Source: Myxococcota bacterium (GTDB taxonomy: Bacteria; Myxococcota_A; UBA796; UBA2385). From it: a stretch of 64,000 bases of DNA. The notes under the pieces are model-generated. The model was not told the DNA's origin. It searched no databases and saw nothing but the letters and a program-made list of their open reading frames with translations. The stretch spans positions 128,001 through 192,000 of the forward strand of contig JBIJDH010000003.1 in NCBI GenBank assembly GCA_044344255.1. Reading direction: 5' to 3'. Made by a program: the position numbers and the translations under genes. Of the stretch, positions 46,201 to 54,927 are shown piece by piece. Each line of letters starts with the position of its first letter. Within the stretch, counting starts at the first letter, position 1.

Positions 46201-47926
46201 CGTGCTCATGGGCCGTCAGAAGGAGGTGGTGGTCACCGCGGCGGGGGAGAACATCTACCTCGACGACGTGGAGAACCGCCTCGGGCCCATCCGGCGGGTG
46301 AAGGAGTACTGCCTCGTCGGCCTCGATGATCCGCGCGGGGGCGAGCGCCTCGGCGTGCTCGCCGTGCCAGACCCGGGCGAGGGAGACCATCGCCTCGACC
46401 ACGCCGCGGCCCATGAGGCGGCGATGAGCAACCTCCGCGAGGCCATCGCCCTCCTGCCGGCGGTGCAGCGCCCGGCAGTGGTCCACCTCGTCGATGCGGA
46501 CCTCCCGCGAACGCCGACCAAGAAGATCGTGCGCAAGGAGGTCAAGAAGGTCCTCGAGAAGATCGTGGCCGCCACGCCCACCAAGGTGAAGGCCGGAGAG
46601 GGGGTCGCCGGCCCGGTCGCCCGCGCCATCGCCTCGGTGGCCGGAGTGGAGCTCTCCCGGGTGCGTCCGGAGCTGCACATCGTCTCCGAGCTCGGCTTCG
46701 ACTCGCTGATGTGGGTGGAGCTCGCCAGCGCCCTCGACGGCCTCGGACACGGTCGGCTCGACCCTCACCTCCTCTCCACCGCCGAGACCGTCGCCGACGT
46801 CGTCCGGCTCGTCGGCGCGCCCCCGGTGCCGGTGGTCCAGGAGGCGAAGAAGGGCGTGGAGGCCATCGAGCTGCCGGCCTCGATCACCGAGCCGATGAAG
46901 GAGGCGATGGGCGTCGTTCAGAAGGCCTTCAACGGGCGAGCGCTCGGCACGAAGGTCTACGGGCGGGCGAACATCCCCCAGAACCGTACGGTCATCGCCC
47001 TGTGCAACCACAGCTCCCACCTGGACATGGGACTCGTGAAGTTCGCCCTCGGCGACTACGGCGCGAACATGGTCGCCCTCGCGGCGAAGGACTACTTCTT
47101 CGAGGGCAACGCCTGGAAGGTCGCCTGGTTCAAGAACTTCACCAACGTTGCCCCCATCGACCGTAAGGCTGGCTTCCGGGCGAGCTTCAAGCAGGCGGTG
47201 GAGGTCATCGAGGCGGGCAAGGTGGCGCTGATCTTCCCGGAGGGGACCCGCCAGACGAGCGGCCTCCTCGCCGAGTTCAAGCCGCTGGTCGGCAAGCTCT
47301 CGCTCGAGACGGGCACCGACATCCTCCCCCTTCACATTCGTGGCGCCTACGACGCGATGCCGAAGGGGGCGGTCTTCCCGCGGAAGCGGGGCATCACCAT
47401 CCGCATCGGGCCCCCCCTGCGGGTGGCGGACCTGCGCCGCCTGACGCTGGGCATGTCCCACGCCGACGCGGCCCGCACGGTCGCCCACCTCGCGCGCGAG
47501 GCGGTGGAGGCCCTCTCCAAGGGCTCGGTCCTCGATCTCCGCACCCTCCAGTCGGCGGGCGCGGTCGCCAAGGAGGCGCCCAAGACCATCGAGGAGCTGG
47601 CGGCCGACGTCTTCGGCCTCTTGCCCAAGCGGTTCGACCCGAGCCTCGTCGAGCGGCCGGTCTCCTGGTATTTCTCGCTCGGCGAGAAGGACGGGCCCCG
47701 CTACGGCGTGACGGTGGACGCCGAGCGGTGTGAGGTCAAGCCCGGCAGGCCCGCGGGGAACGTGGACTGCGTGGTGAAGTGCTCGCTCGAGTTCTTCTCG
47801 AAGCTGGTCCGGGAGGCCTACGTGCCAGGCCCCGAGGAGTTCATCTCCGGCGTCATCAAGACCAACGACATTCCGCTGCTCATCGAGTTCGCAAGGGTCT
47901 TCCGACTCTCCGAGGTGGTGGCATGA
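43214..47926 (+). CDS. elbD: Multifunctional ether-lipid biosynthesis enzyme ElbD-like: acyl reductase + acyl-CoA/AMP ligase + ACP + PlsC acyltransferase + SCP2-like tail
   Basis: GGTGFLG/YTYTK (FAR-type SDR), YTSGTTGDPKG/YGLTE/TGD (adenylation), LGFDSL (ACP), NHSSHLD/FPEGTR (acyltransferase). This domain set matches myxobacterial ElbD. Confidence 0.88.
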   Translation: MSGLEPSSAAGPAPRRLLSLSEQLQGARVFLMGGTGFLGKVWLSMLLHHFPGVEHVYLVVRERRDSRGKLRQSSEQRFWADIASSPTMNPLRELYPGAAFQAFLKAKVTPLHGDVSEPFAGVSAEMRDRLRGQLTVFVNSAGVVDFNPPLDEALNVNAFGMQNLVALCQDLCTEEVKVPFMHTSTCYVAGDRTGEVHELHPLEYPFPRANELDRSHWDPEREIAECVDTIQLVRHRANDAFRQSAFLDQAKKNLSEKKEPTRGSALDEEVDKVKRRFIDKQLVEWGTERAKFWGWHNIYTYTKSIGEQVVCRSGLPFTIVRPAVIESSLVYPSVGWNEGINTSAPLIYMGQMGPTKLPAGEDSVLDIIPVDTVAHGMFASLAELLDGTAKAVYQYGTSDTNPCRVRRLTELVGLSNRKRLLGPNAKGNPVTNWLQTRLEPVTAEADEYFANGPSKYAKQVGSVAGFLRRFAEGPVKPLVTTAADSVDAVARGLSAQAYVADQFAPFMATHNYRFSCAHTRAAWERLVPGERAMMPWNPDSIEWRNYFLDIHVPGLTKHVYPEIEQKLKREAKPLRRHDHLLSLLEEVAEQYDHAPALLEAHEDGFSRISFRELRGRTAAVAVRLAAAGIGKGDRVILSGKNHPDWVICWFGVVRLGAVVVPLDVGLKPDAAIVIQRSAGAKLCLVDEKAKNNFAFALDLPQMSLQEASALGAVGHLPEVALSGADLASILYTSGTTGDPKGVMLAHENFTSELGSLGRLFPLSPEDRILSVLPMHHAFELTCGLLLPLSQGARIYYLDEINADRLSWGLQEGRITCMVGVPALWQVLERRITSQVKERGQLFELAFDTLIDMNRSLGKATGLDAGRLLFGSVHNRFGGNIRVLISGGAALPPDTQKLFVGLGLPLAEGYGLTEASPVLTVAVPKPGAKVGHVGKPIPGVEIRIGHADDKGVGEVFARGPNVMKGYFGNAAATAAVLDGEGWLHTGDMGRIDHDGRLVLMGRQKEVVVTAAGENIYLDDVENRLGPIRRVKEYCLVGLDDPRGGERLGVLAVPDPGEGDHRLDHAAAHEAAMSNLREAIALLPAVQRPAVVHLVDADLPRTPTKKIVRKEVKKVLEKIVAATPTKVKAGEGVAGPVARAIASVAGVELSRVRPELHIVSELGFDSLMWVELASALDGLGHGRLDPHLLSTAETVADVVRLVGAPPVPVVQEAKKGVEAIELPASITEPMKEAMGVVQKAFNGRALGTKVYGRANIPQNRTVIALCNHSSHLDMGLVKFALGDYGANMVALAAKDYFFEGNAWKVAWFKNFTNVAPIDRKAGFRASFKQAVEVIEAGKVALIFPEGTRQTSGLLAEFKPLVGKLSLETGTDILPLHIRGAYDAMPKGAVFPRKRGITIRIGPPLRVADLRRLTLGMSHADAARTVAHLAREAVEALSKGSVLDLRTLQSAGAVAKEAPKTIEELAADVFGLLPKRFDPSLVERPVSWYFSLGEKDGPRYGVTVDAERCEVKPGRPAGNVDCVVKCSLEFFSKLVREAYVPGPEEFISGVIKTNDIPLLIEFARVFRLSEVVA

Positions 47927-48906
47927 GCGCTTCGCGTTTGCGGGTGGTGGTGACCGGGGCGAGCGGCTTCCTCGGCCGCCACCTGACCCCCGCCCTGGCC
48001 GAGCAGCACGAGGTCGTGGCCCTCTCTCGCCGCGGCACCGCGACCGGTGACGTGCGCGGCGTAAAGGGGGACATCCTCGATCCGGCCAGCCTCGACGCCG
48101 CCTTCACCGGCGCTGACGTCGTGGTGCACGCCGCCGGCCAGGTCTCGCACAGCCCCGAGCTGGCGATGCGCCTCCACACCGTCCACGTGGACGGGACCCG
48201 CGAGGTCCTCGCCGCGGCGCGTCGGGCGGGGGTGCGGCGCGTCGTGCACATCAGCACGTCCGGCACGGTCGCGGTCTCGCCCAAGGCCGACTTCCTGGGG
48301 GACGAGGGCTCCCCTCGGCCCCTCCAGCTCATCAGCCGCTGGGCCTACTACCGCACCAAGCTGATCTCAGAGGAGCTGGCCCTCGCGGCCAACGGCGGCG
48401 GTCTCGAGGTCCTCAGCCTCAACCCCTCGATGCTCCTCGGTCCGGGAGACGACCCCGAGGGCGCCTCGACCCGGCCGGTGCGCATCTTCCTCGACGACGG
48501 CGTGCCCCTGCCGCCCCCGGGCACCCTGTCCTACGTGGACGCCCGCGACATCGCCCCCGCCGTGCTCGCCTGCCTCCGCGGCGGTCAGCCGGGGCGACGA
48601 TACCTCCTCACCGGCGCCAACCTCCGCTTCGCCGAGTTCTTCGCCCGCATCGCCCGCATCACCGGCCGCCCGGCGCCGATCGCGCCCCTGCCCGAGGCGA
48701 TGCGCAAGCTGCTGCGCTGGATGCCGGAGCTCGGAAAGGAGGAGGGCTTCGGCTTCCGCGTGCGCATGACCCGCGAAGAGATGGAGCTCGCCTGCCACCA
48801 CTGGTCGGTGGACGCGAGTCGGGCGAAGGTCGAGCTTGGCTGGGCGCCGCGGGACCCCCAGGTGACCCTCGAGGACACCGTGCGAGACCTCTGGCGAGGG
48901 CGCTGA
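47923..48906 (+). CDS. NAD-dependent epimerase/dehydratase (ElbE-like)
   Basis: TGASGFLG, HAAG and YYRTK. ATGA overlap with elbD. Confidence 0.88.
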   Translation: MSASRLRVVVTGASGFLGRHLTPALAEQHEVVALSRRGTATGDVRGVKGDILDPASLDAAFTGADVVVHAAGQVSHSPELAMRLHTVHVDGTREVLAAARRAGVRRVVHISTSGTVAVSPKADFLGDEGSPRPLQLISRWAYYRTKLISEELALAANGGGLEVLSLNPSMLLGPGDDPEGASTRPVRIFLDDGVPLPPPGTLSYVDARDIAPAVLACLRGGQPGRRYLLTGANLRFAEFFARIARITGRPAPIAPLPEAMRKLLRWMPELGKEEGFGFRVRMTREEMELACHHWSVDASRAKVELGWAPRDPQVTLEDTVRDLWRGR

Positions 48907-48928
48907 GGAGTCGAGGCGACCGTCGAGG

Positions 48929-50239
48929 CTATTCGGGCTGTCGCCAGCCGAGGTCTTCCACCGCCACCATCAGCGAGTCCATCGCGGGGAAGTCCCAGTT
49001 GCCAGCGATGACGGCAGGGTCATCGACGTCGTCGTCGCCATCCGAGTCGATCTTCCAGCCGCCTGCGTTGGCGAGGTCGATGAGCTGGGCTTGCAGGCTC
49101 GGATCGGAGGCCTGAAACTCGTAGACGTTCAGCGTGAGCAGGCGCGTGTCGGTGGCCTGGAAGGCGGCGACGGCGAGGGCCTGTGAGGCCCCCTCCGCGC
49201 AGCTCCCGGAGGGCATCGCGTGGCCCTGGAGGCTGTCCCGCAGCACGTTGTCGGCGCTCATGATGACGATGTGGATCGCTCCCTCGCGCCAGCCCACGCC
49301 GGGGCGGCTGGTCGAGCCCTCGACGGTGGCGTCGTAGGTGCCGGTGGCCGCGCCGTGGAAGGCGTCATCGACGTCGGCGACGTAGGGCTGGATGTCGGTG
49401 GTGGGGTCAAAGTCGCCGTCGCAGGTCTGGTCGTAGCCGGCGCCCCACGTCGCCTGGTACAGGGCCTCGTAGGCCGAGGAGGGGGAGTCTCCGCCGTACA
49501 CCATCGCCTGGCCCTGGGCGGCGGCGACGACGGAGTCGTGGTCGGTCGAGATGGCGTGCAGCATCCGGTAGGGGGTGCCGTTGGAGGCGGCCCAGCCGTC
49601 CTGGACGTAGTCGTCGTAGGTGCCTAGGCCGACCGCGACGCCTTCGAAGTGGCCGTAGAGGGCCTCGACGGTCTCCTCGACGAAGTTCTCGAGGTCACCG
49701 TGGTAGCAGGAGTAGTCGTAGGCGGTGTCGAGGAGCAGGAAGACGTCGAGCACCGGCTCTTCGAGCACGGGGTTGCTGGTGTCCCCGCCGCCGCCGCTCT
49801 CCCCCTCTTCGAGGGCCTCGAGCTCGACCTCCGCCTGGGGGTGCAGGGGGTCGTTGGAGCGGATCGTGACGCGCCCGGCGCTCGGGGCGCCCGCTGCAGG
49901 GTCAAAGGCGACCACGACGGTCTGGCTGTGCTTCGGGGCGAGGGGGCCGGCCTCCCCGCCCGAGAGGATCGTGAAGCCGGCGCTGCCCGTCTGTTCGAAG
50001 GCCTCGATCTGCAGCGCCTCCGTGCCGTAGTTGGCGATCGTGAAGGTCTTGGTGATCGGCCCCGCCTCGCCCTCTTGGACACGAAAGCTCAGCGAGCCTG
50101 GCACAACGTCGATCGCCGGCGCCGTGACGGCCCCGCCCGTCTTCTCGTCTCCGACTCCAGCGCCGCCGCAGCCACCCCCGGCGAGCGGGAGGGAGGAGAG
50201 GAGGGTGAACAGGACGGGTGCGAGAGCGCGCGATCGCAT
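48929..50239 (-). CDS. Lipoprotein with choice-of-anchor-D (Ig-like) and VWA-like domains
   Basis: Leader ending GGGC. FTIANYGTEALQI...IRSNDP. DVFLLLDT...GVGWREGAIHIVIMSAD. Confidence 0.72.
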   Translation of the reverse strand: MRSRALAPVLFTLLSSLPLAGGGCGGAGVGDEKTGGAVTAPAIDVVPGSLSFRVQEGEAGPITKTFTIANYGTEALQIEAFEQTGSAGFTILSGGEAGPLAPKHSQTVVVAFDPAAGAPSAGRVTIRSNDPLHPQAEVELEALEEGESGGGGDTSNPVLEEPVLDVFLLLDTAYDYSCYHGDLENFVEETVEALYGHFEGVAVGLGTYDDYVQDGWAASNGTPYRMLHAISTDHDSVVAAAQGQAMVYGGDSPSSAYEALYQATWGAGYDQTCDGDFDPTTDIQPYVADVDDAFHGAATGTYDATVEGSTSRPGVGWREGAIHIVIMSADNVLRDSLQGHAMPSGSCAEGASQALAVAAFQATDTRLLTLNVYEFQASDPSLQAQLIDLANAGGWKIDSDGDDDVDDPAVIAGNWDFPAMDSLMVAVEDLGWRQPE

Positions 50240-50387
50240 GGAGGCTCCTCAACGATACTGTTCAGCATACCGTGGACGAGGGCGGTTGTGAGCGTGACTT
50301 CAAGGCGGGCTTCGTGTCGGCGGTCATGGCGGACGCCCTCCGGCTCTGGCACGATGGGGTGGCAGATCGTCCGAGACCGGAGCGCCC

Positions 50388-51971
50388 GTGCCCGTGCCCC
50401 ACCGCCGAAGGCTCTCACTCTTCACCCTGGCATCGCGCGATCCCCGGCTCCTCATCGGGGCCGTGTGGCTGGGCGTGGCCGAGATGGGGTGCCAGGACTA
50501 CGGCATCAACAAGAGCGCCGATGATCCCGACGCCGCGCCCGACCTGCGCGTGGATCCCAACATCGTGGACTTTGGCGGGGTCAGCTGGGACGGCAGCGTG
50601 ACCACGGTGTTGAGCCTGCGCAATGAGGGTACGGCCACCCTGATCATCGACACGATGAGCCCGAGCGCTCCCTTCTCGTTGCTGCCCGTCGAGCTCCCGC
50701 TCTCGATCGGGGTCGGCGCGGGGGTCGAGGTCGAGCTGGTCTATGAGCCGGTCACCGACGAGGATGACGGCTTCCTCACCATCGAGAGCAATGATCGTGT
50801 GGCGCCGGTGCTCGACGTCCCGTTGCGCGGAGGCGGTCTTTACCCTGATCTCGTCATCGACCCGGAGGCGGCCGACCTCGGGCCGGTCTACCGATGCCAC
50901 GAGACCCTCCTCCCCGTGACCCTCCGAAACGTCGGTGACGTCGCGCTCGTCGTCTCGGCCATCTCCCAGACCGGAGAGGGTTGGTCACTCGACAGCGGGC
51001 CGGTGCTCCCCACCTCGATCGCCGCGGGCGGCTCGCTGGAGGTGGTGGTGGCCTACCAGCCCACCGGCGATCGGGAGCAGCCGGGTACGCTCTTCGTCGA
51101 GTCGAACGATCGTTACGGCACCGAGAGCGCCGACTGGACCGCGTTCGGCGACGGCTTCGCCTCCGACGAGCGCAGCGAGACCTGGCGGCAGCCCGAGGGG
51201 CCCTTCACCGTCGTCGACCTGCTCTTCTTCGTCGATCAGTCCTCCTCGATGGACGACGACCGCGAGCGCCTCCGCGACAACTTCGGCGGCCTCGTCGAGC
51301 GGCTCGACGCATCCGGCGTGAGCTGGCAGGCCATGGTCGCCACCGATGATGACGGCTGCTCGAACAGCGGCATCCTCCGCGCCGGCGATCCCGACGCCGT
51401 CGCCGCCTTCCAGGAGGCCGTCGTGGGGCCCTGGGGCTGGTACACCGAGGCCGGGCTGGAGGTGGCCCGGGCCGGACTCGCCGAGAGCGCGGGGGGCTGT
51501 AACGACGGCTTCTTACGCCCCGAGAGCAAGCCGCTCCTGGTGATGGTCTCCGATGAGGCAGACCAATCACCCGCCGGATGGGGGTTCACGGTCGGCGAGA
51601 TCGAGGCGCTCGCCCCGGGTGCCATGGTCGTGAGCATCGTGGGCGACGTCCCCGATGGATGCTCCACCGCCACCCCTGGCACGGGGTATTACGACGCCAG
51701 CATGTCGACGGGCGGGAGCGTGCACTCCATCTGCTCCCTCGACTGGACGGACACCTTCGAGGACATCGCGTCCCTGCTGGTGGGAGGCGGCTCTGACACC
51801 TTCCCGCTCGCCGATCCGCCCGATCCCGACACGATCATCGTCCAGGTGGACGACCTTCGAACCAGCGCCTGGACCTACGACGCCGCCGCCAACGCGGTGA
51901 TCATGGATGAACAGCCGGCCGCGGGAGCCTGGATCGAGATCGAATACAGCCTGTCCGCGGAGTGCCCCTGA
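50388..51971 (+). CDS. Lipoprotein with two choice-of-anchor-D domains and a VWA domain
   Basis: MGC lipobox-like site. Two LRNxG...ESND repeats. DLLFFVDQSSSM MIDAS, GFLRP and VSDE. Start uncertain. Confidence 0.75.
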   Translation: MPVPHRRRLSLFTLASRDPRLLIGAVWLGVAEMGCQDYGINKSADDPDAAPDLRVDPNIVDFGGVSWDGSVTTVLSLRNEGTATLIIDTMSPSAPFSLLPVELPLSIGVGAGVEVELVYEPVTDEDDGFLTIESNDRVAPVLDVPLRGGGLYPDLVIDPEAADLGPVYRCHETLLPVTLRNVGDVALVVSAISQTGEGWSLDSGPVLPTSIAAGGSLEVVVAYQPTGDREQPGTLFVESNDRYGTESADWTAFGDGFASDERSETWRQPEGPFTVVDLLFFVDQSSSMDDDRERLRDNFGGLVERLDASGVSWQAMVATDDDGCSNSGILRAGDPDAVAAFQEAVVGPWGWYTEAGLEVARAGLAESAGGCNDGFLRPESKPLLVMVSDEADQSPAGWGFTVGEIEALAPGAMVVSIVGDVPDGCSTATPGTGYYDASMSTGGSVHSICSLDWTDTFEDIASLLVGGGSDTFPLADPPDPDTIIVQVDDLRTSAWTYDAAANAVIMDEQPAAGAWIEIEYSLSAECP

Positions 51972-52002
51972 GCTGACCCTTGTGCTCGCCGGCCCGCAAC
52001 CG

Positions 52003-52821
52003 TCACAGATCCTCGAGCAAGGTCCCACGGCCGCCTTGGATGAATTCCCGGAGGTAGCGGAAGTCTGCGGAGCGCGCCTCCTCGGGGGTGCCGACGAAGG
52101 CGATCTTCTTATTGTAGACCATCGCCAGTCGGTTTGTGACCGTGAACACGGTGTCCATGTCGTGGGTGACCACCACGCTCGTCACCCCAAGCCGCTCCTG
52201 GAGCGAGAGGATGAGGGTGTTGATGCGCCGCACGTTGATGGGGTCGAGGCCGGTGGTGGGCTCGTCGTAGAGGATCACCTCCGGCTGGATGGCGATGGCC
52301 CGCGCCAGCCCGACCCGCTTGCGCATGCCGCCGGAGAGCTCGGACGGCTTGAGGCGCTGCACGCCGGGGAGGTCGACCATCTCCAGCACTTCGGCCACTC
52401 GGTCGTCCATCTCCTTGGGCGTGCCCCACTTGTGCTCGACCAGCGGATACTTGATGTTCTCGGCCACGGACATGGAGTCAAAGAGGGCGGCGCCTTGGAA
52501 CAGCATCGCCACCCGGCTCCGCACCCCGAGGAGCTCCTTCTCCTTCATCTGGGTGACGTCCTCGCCGAAGCAGACGATGCTGCCGGCGTCTGAGCGCATC
52601 AGCCCGATGAGGAGCTTCAGCATCACGCTCTTGCCGACGCCGGAGCCGCCGATGATCGTCAGCGTCTCGCCGGGGTAGATGTCGAGGTCGAGCCCGTCGT
52701 AGACGACCTTCGACTTGAAGGCCTTCTTCACCCCGCGAAATTCGATGATCGGCGCGTGCGGCTCGGGCGCCGGGGGCGGAGAGACGGGGACGTGCGGCTC
52801 GTTCGGGGTCTGTTCAGGCAT
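52003..52821 (-). CDS. mlaF: MlaF-type ABC ATP-binding protein
   Basis: GGSGVGKS, FQGAALFDS, LSGGMRKRV and YDEPTTGLDP. Confidence 0.9.
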   Translation of the reverse strand: MPEQTPNEPHVPVSPPPAPEPHAPIIEFRGVKKAFKSKVVYDGLDLDIYPGETLTIIGGSGVGKSVMLKLLIGLMRSDAGSIVCFGEDVTQMKEKELLGVRSRVAMLFQGAALFDSMSVAENIKYPLVEHKWGTPKEMDDRVAEVLEMVDLPGVQRLKPSELSGGMRKRVGLARAIAIQPEVILYDEPTTGLDPINVRRINTLILSLQERLGVTSVVVTHDMDTVFTVTNRLAMVYNKKIAFVGTPEEARSADFRYLREFIQGGRGTLLEDL

Positions 52822-53572
52822 AGACGGCCATGAGCGCGGTGCTGAGCAGGAAGTCAGTGACGAGGAGCGTGATCGAGACGTAGACGACGGTGGCGGTGGT
52901 CGCGCGGCCCACACCCTCGGTGCCGCCCGTCGTGCGCATCCCGTTCCAGCAGGCGATGAGCGAGATGATGGCGCCGAAGAACAGGCTCTTGATGACGCCG
53001 TGCATGAAGTCGCCGACCTCGATGGTCTCGTTGAGCTGCTGGATGGCGAAGCGGAAGGTCACCCCGACCTTGACCATGGTCATCAGGATGCCGCCCGCGC
53101 AGCCGACCACGTCGGCGAGCACCGTGAGCAGCGGGATGGAGATCGCCATGGCGACGAGGCGGGGAACGACGAGCTTGCGGACGGGGTCGGCGCCCAGCGC
53201 GCGGATGGCGTCGATCTGCTCGGTGACGGCCATCGAGCCGATCTCTGCGGTGAAGCCGGCCCCGACCCGACCGCCCACGAGCAGGGAGGTGAGCACCGGG
53301 CCGAGCTCCCGCACGATCCCGAGCGCCACCAGCTTCCCGGTGTAGAGGGAGGCGCCGAAGGGGGCGAGGCCCCAGGCGAACTGGCTGGCCATCACCATGC
53401 CGGTGAAGGCGGCGGTGAGCACCGCGATGGACCAGGAGTCCACCCCGCCCTGTTCGAGCTGAACGAGGATCAGGCGAAATTCCAGCGGCGGGCGGAACAA
53501 GGCCCGCACCGACCGGCCGAGCAGCAGCCAGATCTGACCGAAGGCCAACAGGAATTCGTTGTGGGCGAACAC
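52814..53572 (-). CDS. mlaE: MlaE-type ABC permease
   Basis: RELGPVLTSLLVGGRVGAGFTAEIGSM..TEQIDA and GVGRATT. Confidence 0.92.
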   Translation of the reverse strand: MFAHNEFLLAFGQIWLLLGRSVRALFRPPLEFRLILVQLEQGGVDSWSIAVLTAAFTGMVMASQFAWGLAPFGASLYTGKLVALGIVRELGPVLTSLLVGGRVGAGFTAEIGSMAVTEQIDAIRALGADPVRKLVVPRLVAMAISIPLLTVLADVVGCAGGILMTMVKVGVTFRFAIQQLNETIEVGDFMHGVIKSLFFGAIISLIACWNGMRTTGGTEGVGRATTATVVYVSITLLVTDFLLSTALMAVYA

Positions 53573-53575
53573 GCC

Positions 53576-54103
53576 TCAGCCCCCCCGGGTTCGAAAGCCG
53601 GCGAGCACCGACTCGAAGTCGGACCAGCCCTTGTCGAAGGTGACAGGTGGCGCGATGTAGAGGAGGTCGTAGGTGCAGGCGTCCTTCTTGGTCGTCGCCG
53701 CGCCGACGCGCACCGCGACTCCGTCGAGGGCGCCGTCCCAGACGCCGAGGAGGCCCTCGCGCTCGGACAGGGTCAGGGGCTCCTGGCGCAGCGGCTCACC
53801 CTGGGCGATGCCGAAGGTGAGGTGGGTGAGGAGCGCGGTCAGCTCGCTGTCTTCGTACCGTTCGAGGCAGTTGGAGTCGCCGTAGATGGTCGCCGAGAGG
53901 GAGGCGTTCCACCAAGCGCGGTCGGCGCCGCCGGGGGCCACTCGGCTCCAGCCGGGGCCGGGCTCCCCGAGCTCGTAGGCGCCCTCCAGGCGGGCGCTCT
54001 TCCGACCCGCGCAGCCGGCGGCTGGGAGGCCGAGCGCTGCCAGGAGCAGGAGGGCGCCTTGGACGGGGTGTGGTGCCCGGAAGGACAGGGTTGGTCTGTT
54101 CAT
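53576..54103 (-). CDS. Hypothetical lipoprotein (possibly PsbP/DcrB-like fold)
   Basis: Lipobox AAGC. C-terminal YDLLY...DFESVLAGF pattern. Confidence 0.7.
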   Translation of the reverse strand: MNRPTLSFRAPHPVQGALLLLAALGLPAAGCAGRKSARLEGAYELGEPGPGWSRVAPGGADRAWWNASLSATIYGDSNCLERYEDSELTALLTHLTFGIAQGEPLRQEPLTLSEREGLLGVWDGALDGVAVRVGAATTKKDACTYDLLYIAPPVTFDKGWSDFESVLAGFRTRGG

Positions 54104-54873
54104 GCATCCCCTCCAGACGCGGTTCGCTCGCTGTCTTGACTCGCGTCTTCTTCCGTGATCTGCAGAAAGACCTGCTCGAGGTCAGCCCCCCCTCGCTCGC
54201 TGAGCAGCTCGGCGACGCTGCCCATGGCCACCAGCCGGCCTCGGTAGAGGATGCCCACTCGATCGCAGACCTCCTGAGCGGTCACGAGGGAGTGGGTGGA
54301 GAGGAAGACCGTCCGCCCGGACTCGGAGATGGAGCGGAAGCGCGCCTTGATCTGGCGAGCGCCGGAGGGATCGAGGCCGACCATCGGCTCGTCTACGATG
54401 AGCAGGCGGGGTTCGTGGAGCAGGGCGGCTGACAGCACCAGCCGCTGCTTCATGCCGTGCGAGTAGGCCTCGATGAGCTCATCCGCCCGCGACAACAGCC
54501 CGTTCTCGCGGAGGAGGCGGTCACCGCGGGCGCGGACCTCGTCGTCGGGGATCTGGTAGACGCCCCCGACGAACTGGAGGAATTCTCGGGCCGTGAGCTT
54601 GTCGTAGAGGTAGGGGCGGTCTGGAATGTAACCGACCCGACGTTTGCTCTCGATCGGCTCGGCGGCGATGTCTACGCCGTCGATCACGATGCGGCCGGTC
54701 GTGGGCGGGAGGACGCCGGCCAGCATCCGGATGGTGGTGGTCTTCCCCGCGCCGTTCGGGCCCAGGAAGCCGAACACTTCGCCGGGGCGTACGTGGAGGT
54801 TCAGCGGATGGACCGCCTGAAAGGCGCCGTATCGCTTCTCCACTGCCTCAACCCGGATCACCGGCGCCTCCAT
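54100..54873 (-). CDS. ABC transporter ATP-binding protein (ABC-2 type)
   Basis: GPNGAGKT, YSHGMKQR, IVDEP and STH. Confidence 0.93.
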   Translation of the reverse strand: MEAPVIRVEAVEKRYGAFQAVHPLNLHVRPGEVFGFLGPNGAGKTTTIRMLAGVLPPTTGRIVIDGVDIAAEPIESKRRVGYIPDRPYLYDKLTAREFLQFVGGVYQIPDDEVRARGDRLLRENGLLSRADELIEAYSHGMKQRLVLSAALLHEPRLLIVDEPMVGLDPSGARQIKARFRSISESGRTVFLSTHSLVTAQEVCDRVGILYRGRLVAMGSVAELLSERGGADLEQVFLQITEEDASQDSERTASGGDA

Positions 54874-54927
54874 CCTGGTGCAGGTAGCACGTTCCCCGTG
54901 GGGTCGCCCCGAAGCGGCGGCCGAAGC

